DNA of 64,000 bases from Sulfolobales archaeon (GCA_038867615.1 JAWBYA010000001.1:288001-352000), one strand, 5' to 3'; numbered from the stretch's first letter, positions 19,621-29,839 are shown. Notes: generated by a model from the letters alone, not told the origin. Made by a program: numbers and translations.

Positions 19621-21108
19621 ATGGGGAGAGGGAGATACATAGCTGTAGTGGTTATAAGCACTATCGTTATAAGCCTGGCGATATACCTAGCCCCATATGC
19701 GGAATCCTTGTTCGGGAAATCTAGGTCTAGCATAATATTCTTAATAACATTCCGTGACGATCAAGGAGAGCGTATCCAGCTATCCAGAGATATAGTGCTC
19801 TATACACAGGTTTTCGCTACAACGGTCGAGGGAAGCAGGTTCGAAGACGTTAAAGTCGAGGTTCTCAGGGGAAGGGTGAACGAATCCGTCATGGTTGGGT
19901 CTATCATAGTGCTTAAGCCCGAGGGAAAATTTGGAGAGGTTGTGAGAGAATGGGTTGAATATATAGAGAAGAGGAGTTTGAACCCGAAGACATCGTCGAG
20001 CGTTCAGATTAACCTATGGGTGGTAAACACATCGTCAGGAGAGATTATTGCGAGGCTCAGTCGATACTATACATACGAGCCTGTAGCAATAGCGAGCGGT
20101 AAGTCAATAGTAATAGAAGTGGATGTAGCCATATCTTCTACAAATGGTGGGTTGCGGTTGTTATATGAGCATAAGAATCAGGATATAAACTGTATTCTAA
20201 CATATTGGGAGCGTTTATGGCATATAGGGCCAGAGAACTTTACGGGGAAGCCTTACGTGATATACGATCCAGGAGACGCTACGTATTATACGAAGACGCC
20301 CCTCATAGCAGTAATTAACCATGCACTAAGCCCTATCATTACGACGATCATAGCCCCCTATAGAACAAGCTGGTCAGCATCAATAGGCATGGGGTATGGG
20401 TTGCAGGAAAAGGGGCTAGATGCTAATGTTACTATCTATAAGGCTGGAATTGTGAGGGAGGATTATGTATATTTTGGCTATATACTCTTAGCAAATCCGG
20501 GAGAGACTAAGAATATATACGTGTGGGCTAGACCGATAGCGGAATTCTATAGAGAAATCGAAATGAACACATGCACCGGGATCTCCACACCTACAGGGTA
20601 TGAGAAGCTCGATACCTACGTCAAATCCGTGAGGATCATCGATAAATATGGCTCAAAATACTATGATGGAGGCGTCGACTATGGGCTTCAAGACTGGCTA
20701 TACCAGTGGTTCTATGGGAGCCCTGTTTTCAGCGAGAACTATATAGGCTTTCTTGCGGCTGGAGATGCAAGACACCTTGCAGAGATCATTAGAAAATATG
20801 TTGACGTATGTAGTGCTGATTTCGAAATACCCATACCAGTAGGCGCTATGGCAGCCACACTGCTAGCATCCCATGGGTTTTCACCCATATTCACCGAGTT
20901 TGTAGCCAGCATGAGCGCTTCTGCAGGAGACACAGACCCCTTGAGACCATCCTTCAGCGGAGGTATTGATAATAACGGCTTCTATTTGGTGTATATATAC
21001 CTTAGACTCACCAACTATAAATATAGACTAGACCCTCCATGGCGGTGTCTCCAGTGCTCTCCATGCTATCATAACGTACCGGTCTCCATGATCTTTATTG
21101 TGAGGTGA
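19621..21108 (+). CDS. Secreted/membrane-anchored hypothetical protein
   Basis: MGRGRY plus hydrophobic N-terminal helix; Tyr/Gly-rich C half; terminal CLQCSPC. Confidence 0.75.
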   Translation: MGRGRYIAVVVISTIVISLAIYLAPYAESLFGKSRSSIIFLITFRDDQGERIQLSRDIVLYTQVFATTVEGSRFEDVKVEVLRGRVNESVMVGSIIVLKPEGKFGEVVREWVEYIEKRSLNPKTSSSVQINLWVVNTSSGEIIARLSRYYTYEPVAIASGKSIVIEVDVAISSTNGGLRLLYEHKNQDINCILTYWERLWHIGPENFTGKPYVIYDPGDATYYTKTPLIAVINHALSPIITTIIAPYRTSWSASIGMGYGLQEKGLDANVTIYKAGIVREDYVYFGYILLANPGETKNIYVWARPIAEFYREIEMNTCTGISTPTGYEKLDTYVKSVRIIDKYGSKYYDGGVDYGLQDWLYQWFYGSPVFSENYIGFLAAGDARHLAEIIRKYVDVCSADFEIPIPVGAMAATLLASHGFSPIFTEFVASMSASAGDTDPLRPSFSGGIDNNGFYLVYIYLRLTNYKYRLDPPWRCLQCSPCYHNVPVSMIFIVR

Positions 21109-21141
21109 GCTATAGATTTATATAATCTATGGAGGATGGTT

Positions 21142-23589
21142 TTATACTTCTGTGGATTTCCTCAGGATCCATATGCCTTCCGCTATCTCTTCAGCGTTTT
21201 CTCCAGGTTTCCCTATAGCTATCTCTGGGATCCTGTGTAGATCCTTTATCTCCCTCTCTATATCCCTGGCATTCTGGTTATCTATATATAGTGTTGCGTT
21301 GAGTTTTTCCGAGAACCTCATGTTCCTCTCTTTCTTATACTTCCACACTGCTGAGTTGACCTTTATCATTAGGTTGAGGGGTTCTTGGGACCAGTTTCTC
21401 CACTCTCTATGTTCTTCTGGGAATCTCTCTAGATGAATAGATCTTCCTTTGAGTGTTCTCCATATATAGTCTGTTGAGAAGGGCATTATGGGGGCTAGGA
21501 TCTTTAGTATCGCTTCCAAAGCCCTGTGTAGAGTGTACCAGGCTCCTCTCTGCTCTTCCTCGCTATATGTTTTCTCATTATTATAGGCTCTCGTCTTCAC
21601 AGCCTCTATGTAGTGATCTGCAAAGATGTTCCATGCGAAGTCATATATAGCGTGTATAGGCTCGTAGACATCGAACTCTGAGTATGCTTTATCAACCCTC
21701 TCTATGGTCTCTGCGAGCTTTGCGAGGAGAGCCTTATCTATTTCTCTCAACACATAGCCCTCGGAGGGGTCTGGGAATCTTGAGATGAATCTCGAGATAT
21801 TGACTAGCTTTGTTACGAAGAGAGATCCTGTTCTGATCATATTCTCACTAAACCTATAGTCATAGCCGAGCTTCGCAGCCCCTGCAGCCCAGAATCTAAA
21901 GGCGTCGGCACCGTATCTCTCTAGCAGGGGTTCTGGGTCTATAACGTTACCCTTGCTCTTATGCATAGCCTCGCCCTTCTCATCAAGCCCCATACCGCTT
22001 ATCCTAACCCATCTAAAGGCGGGGATGTTTAGGAGTAGATAGACCCTGAGTATTGTGTAGTAGAGCCATGTCCTTATGATCTCGTACCCCTGGGGTCTCA
22101 GGATATTACCAACAGCCTGGGAGAAGAGCTTCTCATCCCTCATATATCCCGAGACATAGAGGGGGGATATGCTTGAATCGAACCATGTGTCGAAAACCCT
22201 CTTATCACCCTCAAGCTTCTCCTTACCAGCACCGCATACCGGGCATCTCTCGAATGGGGGTGGGTCTCTCCATGGTCTATAGTACTTGCCCGGCTCTGGG
22301 ACTAGGTATGATCCGCATGATGTGCATCTCCAAAGCGGGATCTCTGTGGCATAGTATCTAGTCTTAGAGACAGGCCAGTCTATCCTTAGGCTCTTTATCC
22401 AGTCTATGAGCTTCTGTCTATGGAACTCTGGTTTGAACTCCATCTTATTGCTAATATCTATGAGCTTATCGGCAAACTCCAGCTGTTTTAGAAAGAGCTC
22501 TCTCGAATGGATTATCTCAACAGGTGTGCCGCACCTCCAGCACGTGGGTGCTCTCCTAGGCCCTAGCTTCTCAACCTTCTCCAAGACCCCAATGGATCTC
22601 AGGATCTCGGCTATCTTTTTCCTAGCCTCTGCTATGGTTAGCCCCTTAAGCTCTCCTGAGAGTTCGTTCATTCTCCCACTCTTATCTATAACGATCCTCG
22701 CCTTATCGATCAGCCCAAGCTCTCTCAGGATCCTGAGGTCCCTTGTATCGCCATAGCTACACACCATCTCTATCCCAGTACCGAACGATGGATCCACCTC
22801 TTGGTGTGTGATTACTGGAACCTCGTATCCATATATAGGAACCCTCCCCCTAGCCCCCTCGAGACCCTGGTATCTAGGATCGTTGGGGTTATAGGCTAGA
22901 GCCATCATAGCTCCAAGGAGCTCTGGTCTTGTTGTTGCGATAGTTACGCTCTTTCCATTGTTGAGCTCGATCCTTATGTGGTAGAGCTCTGCAGGCTTCT
23001 CAGCATACTCGATCTCAGCCTCTGCTAGGGTTGTCATGCATCTCGGGCACCAGTAGACAGGCCTCTCAGCCTCATAGATAAGGCCTCTCCTCCACATCTC
23101 TATGAATGTTGCCTGTGTTAGCCTCCTATACTCCTGGCTATCTGTTCCATTTTCCCAGTACTCGAAAGAGCATCCAAGCCTCTTCCAGATCTTCACAAGA
23201 TCCTTCTCAACCTCGTCAAGCTTCTCCTTGCATAGTGAGAGGAACTTCTCCCTACCCTCTGGTGTTTTCGCAATCTCGTGGGGGTTGATTCCTGTCTGCC
23301 TCTCAACAAGGATCTCTACTGGGAGGCCGTTTCTATCGGCATACCATGGAGCAATAACCCTGTAGCCCTTCATCCTCATATACCTAGCAACCATATCTAT
23401 CTGGGCATAGTGGGCAGCGCCTCCCACATGCCACTTCCCAGAGGTATATGGTGGGGGTGTATCTATAACTACAAGGCCTTTGTCACCCCCATACGTTGAT
23501 GATCTATATAGACCTTCGCTCTCCCAGAGAGCTACAAGCTCAGTCTCTCTCCTAGGATTCCATCTCTTCTCGATAGCATCCTCGCCCAT
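21142..23589 (-). CDS. valS: Valine--tRNA ligase
   Basis: DTPPPY, HVGG (HIGH), ATTRPE, DTWFDSS, AMHKS (KMSKS-like). Confidence 0.95.
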   Translation of the reverse strand: MGEDAIEKRWNPRRETELVALWESEGLYRSSTYGGDKGLVVIDTPPPYTSGKWHVGGAAHYAQIDMVARYMRMKGYRVIAPWYADRNGLPVEILVERQTGINPHEIAKTPEGREKFLSLCKEKLDEVEKDLVKIWKRLGCSFEYWENGTDSQEYRRLTQATFIEMWRRGLIYEAERPVYWCPRCMTTLAEAEIEYAEKPAELYHIRIELNNGKSVTIATTRPELLGAMMALAYNPNDPRYQGLEGARGRVPIYGYEVPVITHQEVDPSFGTGIEMVCSYGDTRDLRILRELGLIDKARIVIDKSGRMNELSGELKGLTIAEARKKIAEILRSIGVLEKVEKLGPRRAPTCWRCGTPVEIIHSRELFLKQLEFADKLIDISNKMEFKPEFHRQKLIDWIKSLRIDWPVSKTRYYATEIPLWRCTSCGSYLVPEPGKYYRPWRDPPPFERCPVCGAGKEKLEGDKRVFDTWFDSSISPLYVSGYMRDEKLFSQAVGNILRPQGYEIIRTWLYYTILRVYLLLNIPAFRWVRISGMGLDEKGEAMHKSKGNVIDPEPLLERYGADAFRFWAAGAAKLGYDYRFSENMIRTGSLFVTKLVNISRFISRFPDPSEGYVLREIDKALLAKLAETIERVDKAYSEFDVYEPIHAIYDFAWNIFADHYIEAVKTRAYNNEKTYSEEEQRGAWYTLHRALEAILKILAPIMPFSTDYIWRTLKGRSIHLERFPEEHREWRNWSQEPLNLMIKVNSAVWKYKKERNMRFSEKLNATLYIDNQNARDIEREIKDLHRIPEIAIGKPGENAEEIAEGIWILRKSTEV

Positions 23590-23636
23590 CTATCCACCTC
23601 TGTGCTATATAATAACGCCATGGTCTATATATGATT

Positions 23637-23690
23637 AGATGATGAGGCCGCTCCGAACCAAATGGTGAGGAGCTCGCGACGAACTGATCC
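23637..23690 (+). ncRNA. C/D box sRNA candidate
   Basis: Box C ATGATGA 23639-45, internal C'-like ATGGTGA, box D CTGA 23684-87; intergenic, ~50 nt. Confidence 0.7.
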
Positions 23691-23914
23691 GTTAAACTGG
23701 ATTTTCGTTTCGATCTACCCGGGTTATTTCGTTGGTATCGAGTATCTTTGTTTGCTCAGCAATAAGTTCTATTCATTCTATTCATAGAGTTTCTCCCACT
23801 CATTGCCGTGGGACTCATATATCCTGGCTCTCTCTAACCTGCAAGCTCGGATCTTTATCTACGCTTATATCATGGTTAAATATTCCTTTTATAGAATAGC
23901 GAGGATCTGTGGAA

Positions 23915-24125
23915 AGGGGTTTCGGGTTTCATAGCGGTTTTCTCTATCAACAGCTCTTCCCATGGCTTCGATGGCTTCATAGGCCTCCACCCGTCCAGAG
24001 AAACCCCAACCCACAGCACCACATAGCACTGCTCCGGCTCATCTGCTCGGATCTCTATCCTCACCCTCACTGCTGAGCAGCAGCCCATAGAGTAATAGAG
24101 CCCACGTAATGTTCCACAGAGACAA
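23915..24125 (-). mobile_element. Decayed IS200/IS605 tnpB 3'-end / omegaRNA-like remnant, copy 2
   Basis: Homologous to 1500-1730; preceded on this strand by degraded CP and LWNI codons reminiscent of the TnpB Zn-ribbon/RuvC-III end. Confidence 0.6.
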
Positions 24126-24253
24126 ATTCAATATCAACACCTGTAAACCGCCATGAAATTCGGGACAGCTGGCTACGGCTTATCTAGTCCTAATGGGCAT
24201 AGTACTTGGTCACATTACTGGGTGGAAGCGTGTCCGGTGAGAAGGGCGGTGTG

Positions 24254-24811
24254 ATGCCTGGGGTAACTAGGTTGTCGACAAAGATACCGTTAGAGAGGGT
24301 TGGGGTTGTCATTGGTAATAGGGCTGCTGTTCTCGATATGCTTAGGAGGAGGCTTGGTGTGTCTGTGAGTGTTGATAGCTCTTCTGGCAATGTAACCATA
24401 GAGCCTCTCTCCCAGGGGACGCCTGTTGCTAATCTTCTAAAGGCTAAGGAGTTTATAGAGGCTATAGGCTATGGCTTTTCTCCTGAGAGGGCTGAGAGGG
24501 TTCTTGACGAGGATCAGGTGCTTGTGGTGATAGATCTCAAGGGGATTGTTGGCGATTCGGAGAGCAATCTGAGAAGGATCAAGGGGAGGATAATAGGAGA
24601 GGAGGGCAGGGCTAGAAGGAATATTGAGGAGATAACCAACACCTATATATCGGTTGCTGAGACTGCTGTAGCCATAATAGGGAGCTATGAGGAGGCTGAG
24701 GTGGCTAGACAGGCTATAGAGATGCTGATAGAGGGTAAACAGCACTCAACAGTCTATAAGCATGCTGAGAGGATGATGAGCAGGCTGGGGAGGAGGCCGA
24801 AGATATGGTGA
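24254..24811 (+). CDS. KH-domain rRNA-processing protein (Dim2/Pno1/Krr1-like)
   Basis: GVVIG, AIGYGFSPE, RIKGRIIGEEG, GKQHSTVY. Confidence 0.92.
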   Translation: MPGVTRLSTKIPLERVGVVIGNRAAVLDMLRRRLGVSVSVDSSSGNVTIEPLSQGTPVANLLKAKEFIEAIGYGFSPERAERVLDEDQVLVVIDLKGIVGDSESNLRRIKGRIIGEEGRARRNIEEITNTYISVAETAVAIIGSYEEAEVARQAIEMLIEGKQHSTVYKHAERMMSRLGRRPKIW

Positions 24812-24814
24812 TAG

Positions 24815-25540
24815 TTGCCTATGGATCCTGGGAGGGGTCTGGAGCGGTGTGTTAAAAGCCTGTTAGAGGTTTTTGAGAGATCCTCCAGGGTTCTTGAGGA
24901 GTCACAATGGTTCCCAAGCGATCCTGGATCGACGAGGTGGTGGGGAGGGGTAGAAACACCACTAGAGATCATAGTTACAGCGATTCTTGTTAAGCTCAGC
25001 AGGTGGAAGACAGCTTTAACAGCCCTTGAGAATATGAAGCAGAGAGGGCTTCTAGACCTCCCGAGACTCTCAAGGTCAAGCATAGATGAGATAGCCGAAG
25101 CTATAAGGGGGGTTGGGTTTGTTAGAAGCAAAGCCTGGACTCTAATAGCTATTTCGAGATATATAGAGAGTATAGGTGGGATAGAGGCTCTAAAGAATAT
25201 GGATACCGCTATTGCTAGGAAGGAACTGCTAAGGATAGACGGTATTGGGAGGGAGACAGCTGACTCGATACTTCTCTTCGCACTAAACAAACCCGTCTTC
25301 CCCGTCACGAGACTCTCACTAAGGGTTCTCAGGAGATACTGTGGAGAGGATGCAGGTGATTACAGCAATGTCGGGGAGAGAATAGAGGAATCACTTGAGA
25401 GGGATCTCTATAAGCTTAAACTTCTCCACGCCGGGCTTACCAGTATAGCTAGTAGGTATTGTAGGAATAGCAAGCCCCTCTGCGGGTCTTGTTTGTTGAG
25501 GGACAGATGCTCATACGGATCCTCTGGGCAGGTTGGTTAA
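24815..25540 (+). CDS. HhH-GPD / endonuclease III-related protein with Fe-S motif
   Basis: GIGRETADSILLFAL HhH; C-x6-C-x2-C-x5-C (YCRNSKPLCGSCLLRDRC). Confidence 0.85.
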   Translation: MPMDPGRGLERCVKSLLEVFERSSRVLEESQWFPSDPGSTRWWGGVETPLEIIVTAILVKLSRWKTALTALENMKQRGLLDLPRLSRSSIDEIAEAIRGVGFVRSKAWTLIAISRYIESIGGIEALKNMDTAIARKELLRIDGIGRETADSILLFALNKPVFPVTRLSLRVLRRYCGEDAGDYSNVGERIEESLERDLYKLKLLHAGLTSIASRYCRNSKPLCGSCLLRDRCSYGSSGQVG

Positions 25541-25633
25541 TAGTATTGTAGAGGCGGCGCTCGTCCCAAGCATTGCTGGATATATGGTGAAGAAGCCGGG
25601 CCGGGTTGTTTGATGATGGTCTGTATAAAAATT

Positions 25634-25837
25634 CTATTTATTATTTCCACTAGCCCTCATGATAATTATCTTGCCGTTCTCCTGTTTGATCAGCAGTGTT
25701 TCTACTTCTTTTCTCCACCTGCATGTGCATCTATATAGATATGTTACTCTCCTCATGCCGTCGGAGATATATGTTTCTATAACGAACTCCGCTTTTCTAC
25801 CGCATCTGGGGCATAGTGTTTGCTTTGCTATGCTCAT
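25634..25837 (-). CDS. Small zinc-ribbon protein
   Basis: CPRCG...YRCTC; ATG at 25837. Confidence 0.7.
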   Translation of the reverse strand: MSIAKQTLCPRCGRKAEFVIETYISDGMRRVTYLYRCTCRWRKEVETLLIKQENGKIIIMRASGNNK

Positions 25838-25956
25838 TTCACATATCCCTCTATGTTTGCTCTCTATCCGTGTGAGAATATGTTTCAAGGATAATATTTT
25901 CTATCGCTCGTCACGATTCTCAGGTTCCAGGAGATCCTGAGGAGATCTCTGGATGT

Positions 25957-26769
25957 CTAGGCGCCGAACCTTCTCTCGCGCATTTGGTATGATCTTATCG
26001 CTCTTAGGAGATCTATTTTTCTGAATTCTGGCCAGTAGGCTTCGCAGAAATAGAGCTCTGAGTATGCTGACTGCCATAGTAGGAAGTTGCTTATCCTCAT
26101 CTCGCCGGAGGTTCTTATAACCAGATCAGGCTCTTGATCTACTTCTAGATATTTTACAAGAAGATCTTCGGTTATCTCCTCAGGATCTATGTATCCTTGT
26201 TTAGCATCCCTCGCTATCCTCCTAATAGCGTCTATGATCTCCTGCCTGCCCCCATAGCAGAGAGCTATGTTCACAAGCCTTTCTGCGTTGTCTCTGGTAA
26301 CTGCCTCAGCCTCTCTAGCAGCTGATCTAAGGCTTTGGGACACCAGATCCAGCCTCCCCGTCACCTTGATCCTAGCCCCTCTCTTCTGAGCTTCTTCTGT
26401 AAGCTCTCTTAATCCTCTCTCTATGAGTGAGTATAGGTATTTCTTCTCATCCTCAGACCTCTTTGTACAGTTCTCATAGGACATGGCATAGACAGTAACT
26501 ATCCTTACCCCAAGATCGTATAGCCAGTTAAGCACCTCCTTCATCTTCTTATAACCACTCTCATGCCCAGCATACTTTGGAAGACCCATCATAGAAGCCC
26601 ATCTCCTATTGCCATCAGGTATTATCGCAACATGGGTGGGGATAGGTCCTCGGGCTATCTGCTCCTTCAAGCTCTCCTCGTATAGCTTATATGCTATACC
26701 CATAAGGGGTTTGGCAAGCCGCATTAGGAATAGAAGGAATCTTCTGCTTGGCTTGCCTCTCAATCCCAT
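25957..26769 (-). CDS. uppS: cis-polyprenyl diphosphate synthase
   Basis: IPDGNRRWA, YGGRQEI, IRTSGEMRISNFLLWQ, RRFG. Confidence 0.95.
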   Translation of the reverse strand: MGLRGKPSRRFLLFLMRLAKPLMGIAYKLYEESLKEQIARGPIPTHVAIIPDGNRRWASMMGLPKYAGHESGYKKMKEVLNWLYDLGVRIVTVYAMSYENCTKRSEDEKKYLYSLIERGLRELTEEAQKRGARIKVTGRLDLVSQSLRSAAREAEAVTRDNAERLVNIALCYGGRQEIIDAIRRIARDAKQGYIDPEEITEDLLVKYLEVDQEPDLVIRTSGEMRISNFLLWQSAYSELYFCEAYWPEFRKIDLLRAIRSYQMRERRFGA

Positions 26770-27011
26770 GCTATCTATCCATTTTAATGTTATGTGAAAA
26801 ATATTAATAACAACAGGGTAAGCTTAACCGCTTGTCTCTAGATATTAGTTCCAATCACTTTATTTTATTCACGTCTAATCCAGGGTAAGTGTGATAGAGC
26901 TTTGCCCTTGTGACTACGATATCTTACAATGGTTAAAACCTGGAAGATACCTGAGAAGGATTATTCTATGTTCTTATCTATCCGTTTAGCACAATACTGG
27001 GCGGATAGTCC

Positions 27012-27635
27012 ATGTCATATGTAATTGCGATAACAGGTGCTAGTGGAACTATATATGGGTTAAGAACCGTTGAAGAGCTATCAAAGATCTCGAGGGTTGA
27101 TGTGATAATAACCAGGGAGGCCTTGAAGGTGTCTGAGTATGAGTGTTTACCTAGTAAGGATCTAATAGATAGGATAAGATCTATAACGAGCAATCTATAC
27201 TTCGAAGAAGAGCTCGAGGCCCCTCCAAGCTCTTCCAGCTACCTGGCAAGGGTGAAGGGTGTTGCTATAACACCCTGTTCCCTCACAACCCTTGCAAAGA
27301 TAGCGTCCGGGGTGGCTGATAATCTCGTCACGAGAACAGCTATAAACGCCCTCAGGATCAGAAAACCCCTGGTTCTCCTAATAAGGGAGACACCTCTGGG
27401 TGTTATCGAGCTGAGAAACATGCTCTCAGCAGCCGAGGCTGGGGCGATAATACTCCCAGCATCACCCGGCTTCTATAACTTACCGATGAGCGTAGATGAT
27501 ATGGTTAACTTCGTTGTGGGTAAGGTGCTTGATATGTTGGGGGTTGATCACGATATATATAGGAGATGGGATCCCAGAACGGTTACTCGAGATCAAAATC
27601 CTTGCCGCCAAGCTTCTTCGAGATCAAGCCCTTAA
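27012..27635 (+). CDS. ubiX: Flavin prenyltransferase UbiX
   Basis: ITGASGTIYG, PCSLTTL, RETPL, PGFY. Confidence 0.93.
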   Translation: MSYVIAITGASGTIYGLRTVEELSKISRVDVIITREALKVSEYECLPSKDLIDRIRSITSNLYFEEELEAPPSSSSYLARVKGVAITPCSLTTLAKIASGVADNLVTRTAINALRIRKPLVLLIRETPLGVIELRNMLSAAEAGAIILPASPGFYNLPMSVDDMVNFVVGKVLDMLGVDHDIYRRWDPRTVTRDQNPCRQASSRSSP

Positions 27636-28140
27636 GCCTCTTAGCCTTCTCCTCCTCCCTCTCAAGCTCTTTCAACATATCGTCACCACTCGACCTCCTC
27701 TCCCTCCCCACTGCGTAGAGGCATGAGCCGTCTGGGAGGAGGTAGAATTTCTCGCAGGATGCGAACTGGCATACTCCTCCGATGCATAGGTCGTTAACCC
27801 AGTTGCAGAAGGCGGCGAATTTTATAGAGCCTCCTATATCTCTTCTAACAACGCTGATGGCTTTTTTGCCGCATTTGAAGTAGGGGCATAGTGGGTTGCA
27901 TTGTTTTCCATTGGGCATTGGTTTTAACTCTCCTTCTTCGATGCTTACTTCCCTAGCTACTCTTCTATCGGCTCTTCCAAACCTCTGGTCTCTATTGTCT
28001 CTACGATCATGGTATTGGTAGCCTCTATAATCCCTGCCATGTTCCCTGTCTCTTCTCTGATCCCTGTATTCTCTATCCCTAAAACCCCTATCCCTTTCCC
28101 AGGGTCTTGATCTTCCGCTCTCTCTGTCATGTTGGCTCAA
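27583..28140 (-). CDS. Hypothetical protein with Arg/Asp-rich N-terminus and Cys-rich domain
   Basis: RD/RE-rich first ~60 aa; 8 Cys (CNPLCPYFKC...C..C..C..C..C); 18 bp downstream of endA. Confidence 0.75.
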   Translation of the reverse strand: MSQHDRESGRSRPWERDRGFRDREYRDQRRDREHGRDYRGYQYHDRRDNRDQRFGRADRRVAREVSIEEGELKPMPNGKQCNPLCPYFKCGKKAISVVRRDIGGSIKFAAFCNWVNDLCIGGVCQFASCEKFYLLPDGSCLYAVGRERRSSGDDMLKELEREEEKAKRLKGLISKKLGGKDFDLE

Positions 28141-28158
28141 GAAGTCAGCCTCTGTTCC

Positions 28159-28752
28159 TCAGAATTTTATCCACTTGAAGCCTATATATCTTACACTCCC
28201 ATTCTTACCAACTATAGCGTATATAAGTGTTTTCTTAACACTATGGCTAAGCCTCCCAGCCCTCACGATAGATATAGGGTCTATCGAGCTCTCCATGCTG
28301 AGGACATCGACTAGATAGGGGGCGTGCTCATAACCCGGTCCTTTCTCATAGACCGCGAAGGCTACTCCGAATTTCATGCCCGATCTAACGATATATCCTC
28401 TATCCCTCAGATCCTTGTACACTGTATATTCTAGCTCGAATCTACTCCCAAGTTTGGATGCGTATTCTCTATACTCCTCACAGCTTATCTCCCTAGCATT
28501 CATCACAAGCCTTAGAACTCTTTTCTCACATAGGTAGAGTGTCTCGAGCATGGAGAGTTCTAGAGGACCTTTATACCTCACACCAGGCTTGGGCTTCTTA
28601 ACACCGAAGGGTTTTCCATAAAAGCCTAAGGAGTAGATCTTCTCCCCAGCCTCGGGATCGAACACCAAGGATCTGGCACCAACTACTACAGCCTCAAAAG
28701 CAACATGTCCCCAGGTGTTTTTTGGTGTTTTTTTCTTCTCCTCTATGCCCAT
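28159..28752 (-). CDS. endA: tRNA-intron lyase (splicing endonuclease, catalytic subunit)
   Basis: VYKDLRDRG, SGMKFG, YEKGPGYEHA, RLSHSVKK catalytic Y/H/K. Confidence 0.93.
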   Translation of the reverse strand: MGIEEKKKTPKNTWGHVAFEAVVVGARSLVFDPEAGEKIYSLGFYGKPFGVKKPKPGVRYKGPLELSMLETLYLCEKRVLRLVMNAREISCEEYREYASKLGSRFELEYTVYKDLRDRGYIVRSGMKFGVAFAVYEKGPGYEHAPYLVDVLSMESSIDPISIVRAGRLSHSVKKTLIYAIVGKNGSVRYIGFKWIKF

Positions 28753-28968
28753 TTGCTATCGCACCTATCTGCATAGGAGTGGAGAGATCTCTGTGGATTT
28801 ATAGGGTGTTGTCGAGCTCGATTGCGTGGTGCTCCCATCTACTGAGGGATCATCCTCAGGATGGCTTGGAGCGTTATCTCTGTTATCTAGTGTGATTAAA
28901 GCCGGCTTGTCGCCAAGAACCATGCTGGTTAAACCTGGTAGGAATCCCTCTAGAATGTTGGATAACCT

Positions 28969-29667
28969 CTATACTCTGTGCATAGCGACGTATTTGAGAT
29001 ATACTGAGAGCCTCCATATGGTGTCGGAGATCCCTTCTAGCCTCTCAACGATCTCCATAATTGGTAGCATTGTTTCTGGCGATTTAGAGAGGCCCTTGAC
29101 TATTGATGGCATCAGGGCTCTGTAGATCTCGTCCGCCTGTTCTTCGAGCTTTTCTATCTCTGCAGCATTGCCTGGGGCGGCTTTGGGGTTTATGTTTAGG
29201 CTTGTTAGGAGCTCCTCAAACTTTTTAGCTTCTTCTTCTACAACCTCGGCTAGGGATTCTATGGATCTTGCTATATCGCTTGGGATCGTGACCCCCGGCC
29301 CCAGGATCCCGAGGTATAGTGAGAGATCCGCTGTGCTCTCTCCAACAGTTATTATCCCTGTAATGATCTCGGCATATATATCCTTAAAGCTCAGCCCTAG
29401 ACCTGTTCTCACAAGATACTCGAGGGTTTTGAAACCCTCGGCCTGGAGATCCTCCTTAAGCTTTCTTATCTTCTCCTCCATATTTTTAACAGCATATGGG
29501 TTACCCCTACTGCCTCCTATGACTTCTCTCAACATCGATCTCAGCTCGAAGATCTCTGCCCTAAGGATCCTTGAATCACTGCTCATCTTCTCAAGCAAGT
29601 TCATCTCAGCAACACTCAGCCTACTCATATCATAGGGGTTTATGAACTCCTCAGCCACCCGCTCCAC
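28969..29667 (-). CDS. DUF47/PhoU-like phosphate transport regulator
   Basis: Helical repeats, IEKLEEQADEIYR, ERLEGISD. Confidence 0.65.
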   Translation of the reverse strand: MERVAEEFINPYDMSRLSVAEMNLLEKMSSDSRILRAEIFELRSMLREVIGGSRGNPYAVKNMEEKIRKLKEDLQAEGFKTLEYLVRTGLGLSFKDIYAEIITGIITVGESTADLSLYLGILGPGVTIPSDIARSIESLAEVVEEEAKKFEELLTSLNINPKAAPGNAAEIEKLEEQADEIYRALMPSIVKGLSKSPETMLPIMEIVERLEGISDTIWRLSVYLKYVAMHRV

Positions 29668-29839
29668 CTCATCTCAGTAGAATATAACATGAGAGCAAAT
29701 AAGTGATTAGGTTCTAAAGCGTTAATTATACAATCTCACAACATTTAAGGTTAAATAACATGGTTTCTCTCAGGCCTGGTCAAAACTTACTAAAACCACC
29801 TACTTTTGCCTCCGAACCTTATTATAACTTGATGAAGGG

